Source: an uncultured delta proteobacterium (GTDB lineage: Bacteria > Desulfobacterota > Binatia > UBA9968). From it: a stretch of 64,000 bases of DNA. The stretch spans positions 576,001 to 640,000 of the forward strand of contig CAVUVW010000014.1 in NCBI GenBank assembly GCA_963745035.1, written 5' to 3'. The position numbers and the translations under genes are program-made. Each line of letters starts with the position of its first letter. Position 1 is the first letter of the stretch. Under the pieces are notes generated by a model. It was not told where the DNA came from and searched no databases. It was given only the letters and a program-made list of their open reading frames with translations. Of the stretch, positions 63,051 to 64,000 are shown piece after piece.

Positions 63051-63106
63051 GGAAAGCAAGATTTCTTAGCGCTCGAGAGTCCGGTGCTTTATTCCATGGA
63101 GAACCT

Positions 63107-64000
63107 ATGACAGCCATCAAGGACAATCTGTCCGAGGCCTTCGCTGGAAATCGTCAGCAAAACATTCGCACCGGACTCGCGGCGGATGCCATCGCCGAGG
63201 CGCTGATCGACAACTTGCACTATCTCCAAGCCAAACTGCCGAAACACGCCACGCGCAACGACTGGTATATGGCGTTGGCCTTCACGGTTCGTGACCGCAT
63301 GCTCGACCGCTATATCAAAACTGTGGAAGCGATTGCCCGCGCCGACATACCGGTCAAGGCTGTTGCTTATCTCTCGGCGGAATTTTTGACTGGACCTCAT
63401 CTCGGCAACAGCCTGATCAATCTCGGTATCTGGCATGCGACAGAAAAGGCAGTCGCCCAAGTCGGCCAGAATCTTGGCGAGCTTCTCGAGCAGGAAGAAG
63501 AGCCGGGTTTGGGCAACGGCGGCCTAGGCCGCTTGGCCGCTTGCTACATGGATTCGCTGGCGACGCTCAACGTTCCGGCGATCGGTTACGGCATCCGTTA
63601 CGAGTTCGGCATCTTCGACCAAGCGATTCGCGACGGCTGGCAAGTGGAACTGACCGACAAGTGGCTGCGCTTCGGCAACCCGTGGGAGATCGTGCGTTCG
63701 GAAATCGCCTTCGAGGTGAAGTTCGGCGGTTGCACCGAAAGCTATTGTGACGAACAGGGCCGCTATCGCGTCCGATGGATTCCGGAAAAAGTTGTCAAAG
63801 GCGTCGCCTACGACACTCCCGTGCCCGGCTATCAGGTTCCGACTACGAACCTGCTGCGACTGTGGAAGGCGGAAGCCGCCGAATCGTTCGATTTCGAAGC
63901 ATTCAACGTCGGTGATTACTATGGCGCGGTGGACGAAAAGATCCTATCGGAAACTATCTCCAAGGTTCTCTATCCCAATGACGAGCCCGAAGCGGGCAAG
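63107..64000 (+). CDS. glgP: Glycogen/alpha-glucan phosphorylase, runs off window end (absent from ORF track)
   Basis: Translated by hand: YLSAEFL-x-G, EPGLGNGGLGRLAACYMDS, GYGIRYEFGIF-x-Q, LRLWKA, ISKVLYPND. Confidence 0.93.
   Translation, partial: MTAIKDNLSEAFAGNRQQNIRTGLAADAIAEALIDNLHYLQAKLPKHATRNDWYMALAFTVRDRMLDRYIKTVEAIARADIPVKAVAYLSAEFLTGPHLGNSLINLGIWHATEKAVAQVGQNLGELLEQEEEPGLGNGGLGRLAACYMDSLATLNVPAIGYGIRYEFGIFDQAIRDGWQVELTDKWLRFGNPWEIVRSEIAFEVKFGGCTESYCDEQGRYRVRWIPEKVVKGVAYDTPVPGYQVPTTNLLRLWKAEAAESFDFEAFNVGDYYGAVDEKILSETISKVLYPNDEPEAGK

Overview
GC-rich (~60%) bacterial chromosomal region, almost all on the + strand. Gene content and repeat style suggest a Deltaproteobacteria/Candidatus Binatia-like organism (inference only). 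It carries anaerobic-respiration modules: nrfHA, a selenocysteine formate dehydrogenase with HybA/HybB-like and diheme-cytochrome partners, a NapC/NirT-type tetraheme cytochrome, and Wolinella-type frdC-frdA-(fumC)-frdB. It also carries C4-dicarboxylate supply genes (fumC, aspA, three DASS/SLC13 carriers, a DAACS-SBP fusion), ion/pH/envelope genes (two OprB porins, alpha-carbonic anhydrase, MscS, two CaCA antiporters, K+ channel, SulP, MgtC, PPK2, RND pump, many lipoproteins) and the start of glgP. The main unannotated signal is a 20-bp palindrome, TATTGGAC-N4-GTCCAATA, in seven intergenic sites. In every case a TA dinucleotide begins 22 nt past the end of the box in the direction of the downstream gene. 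This points to an activator-controlled regulon with DosR-box-like geometry, and a LuxR-type HTH gene in the window is a candidate regulator. Also seen: a solitary integron-type cassette (attC plus matching core site) carrying a Ca2+/H+ antiporter, a 64-bp direct repeat bracketing two genes, and several small palindromic repeats. Many genes have 1-nt frameshifts, most likely assembly errors.
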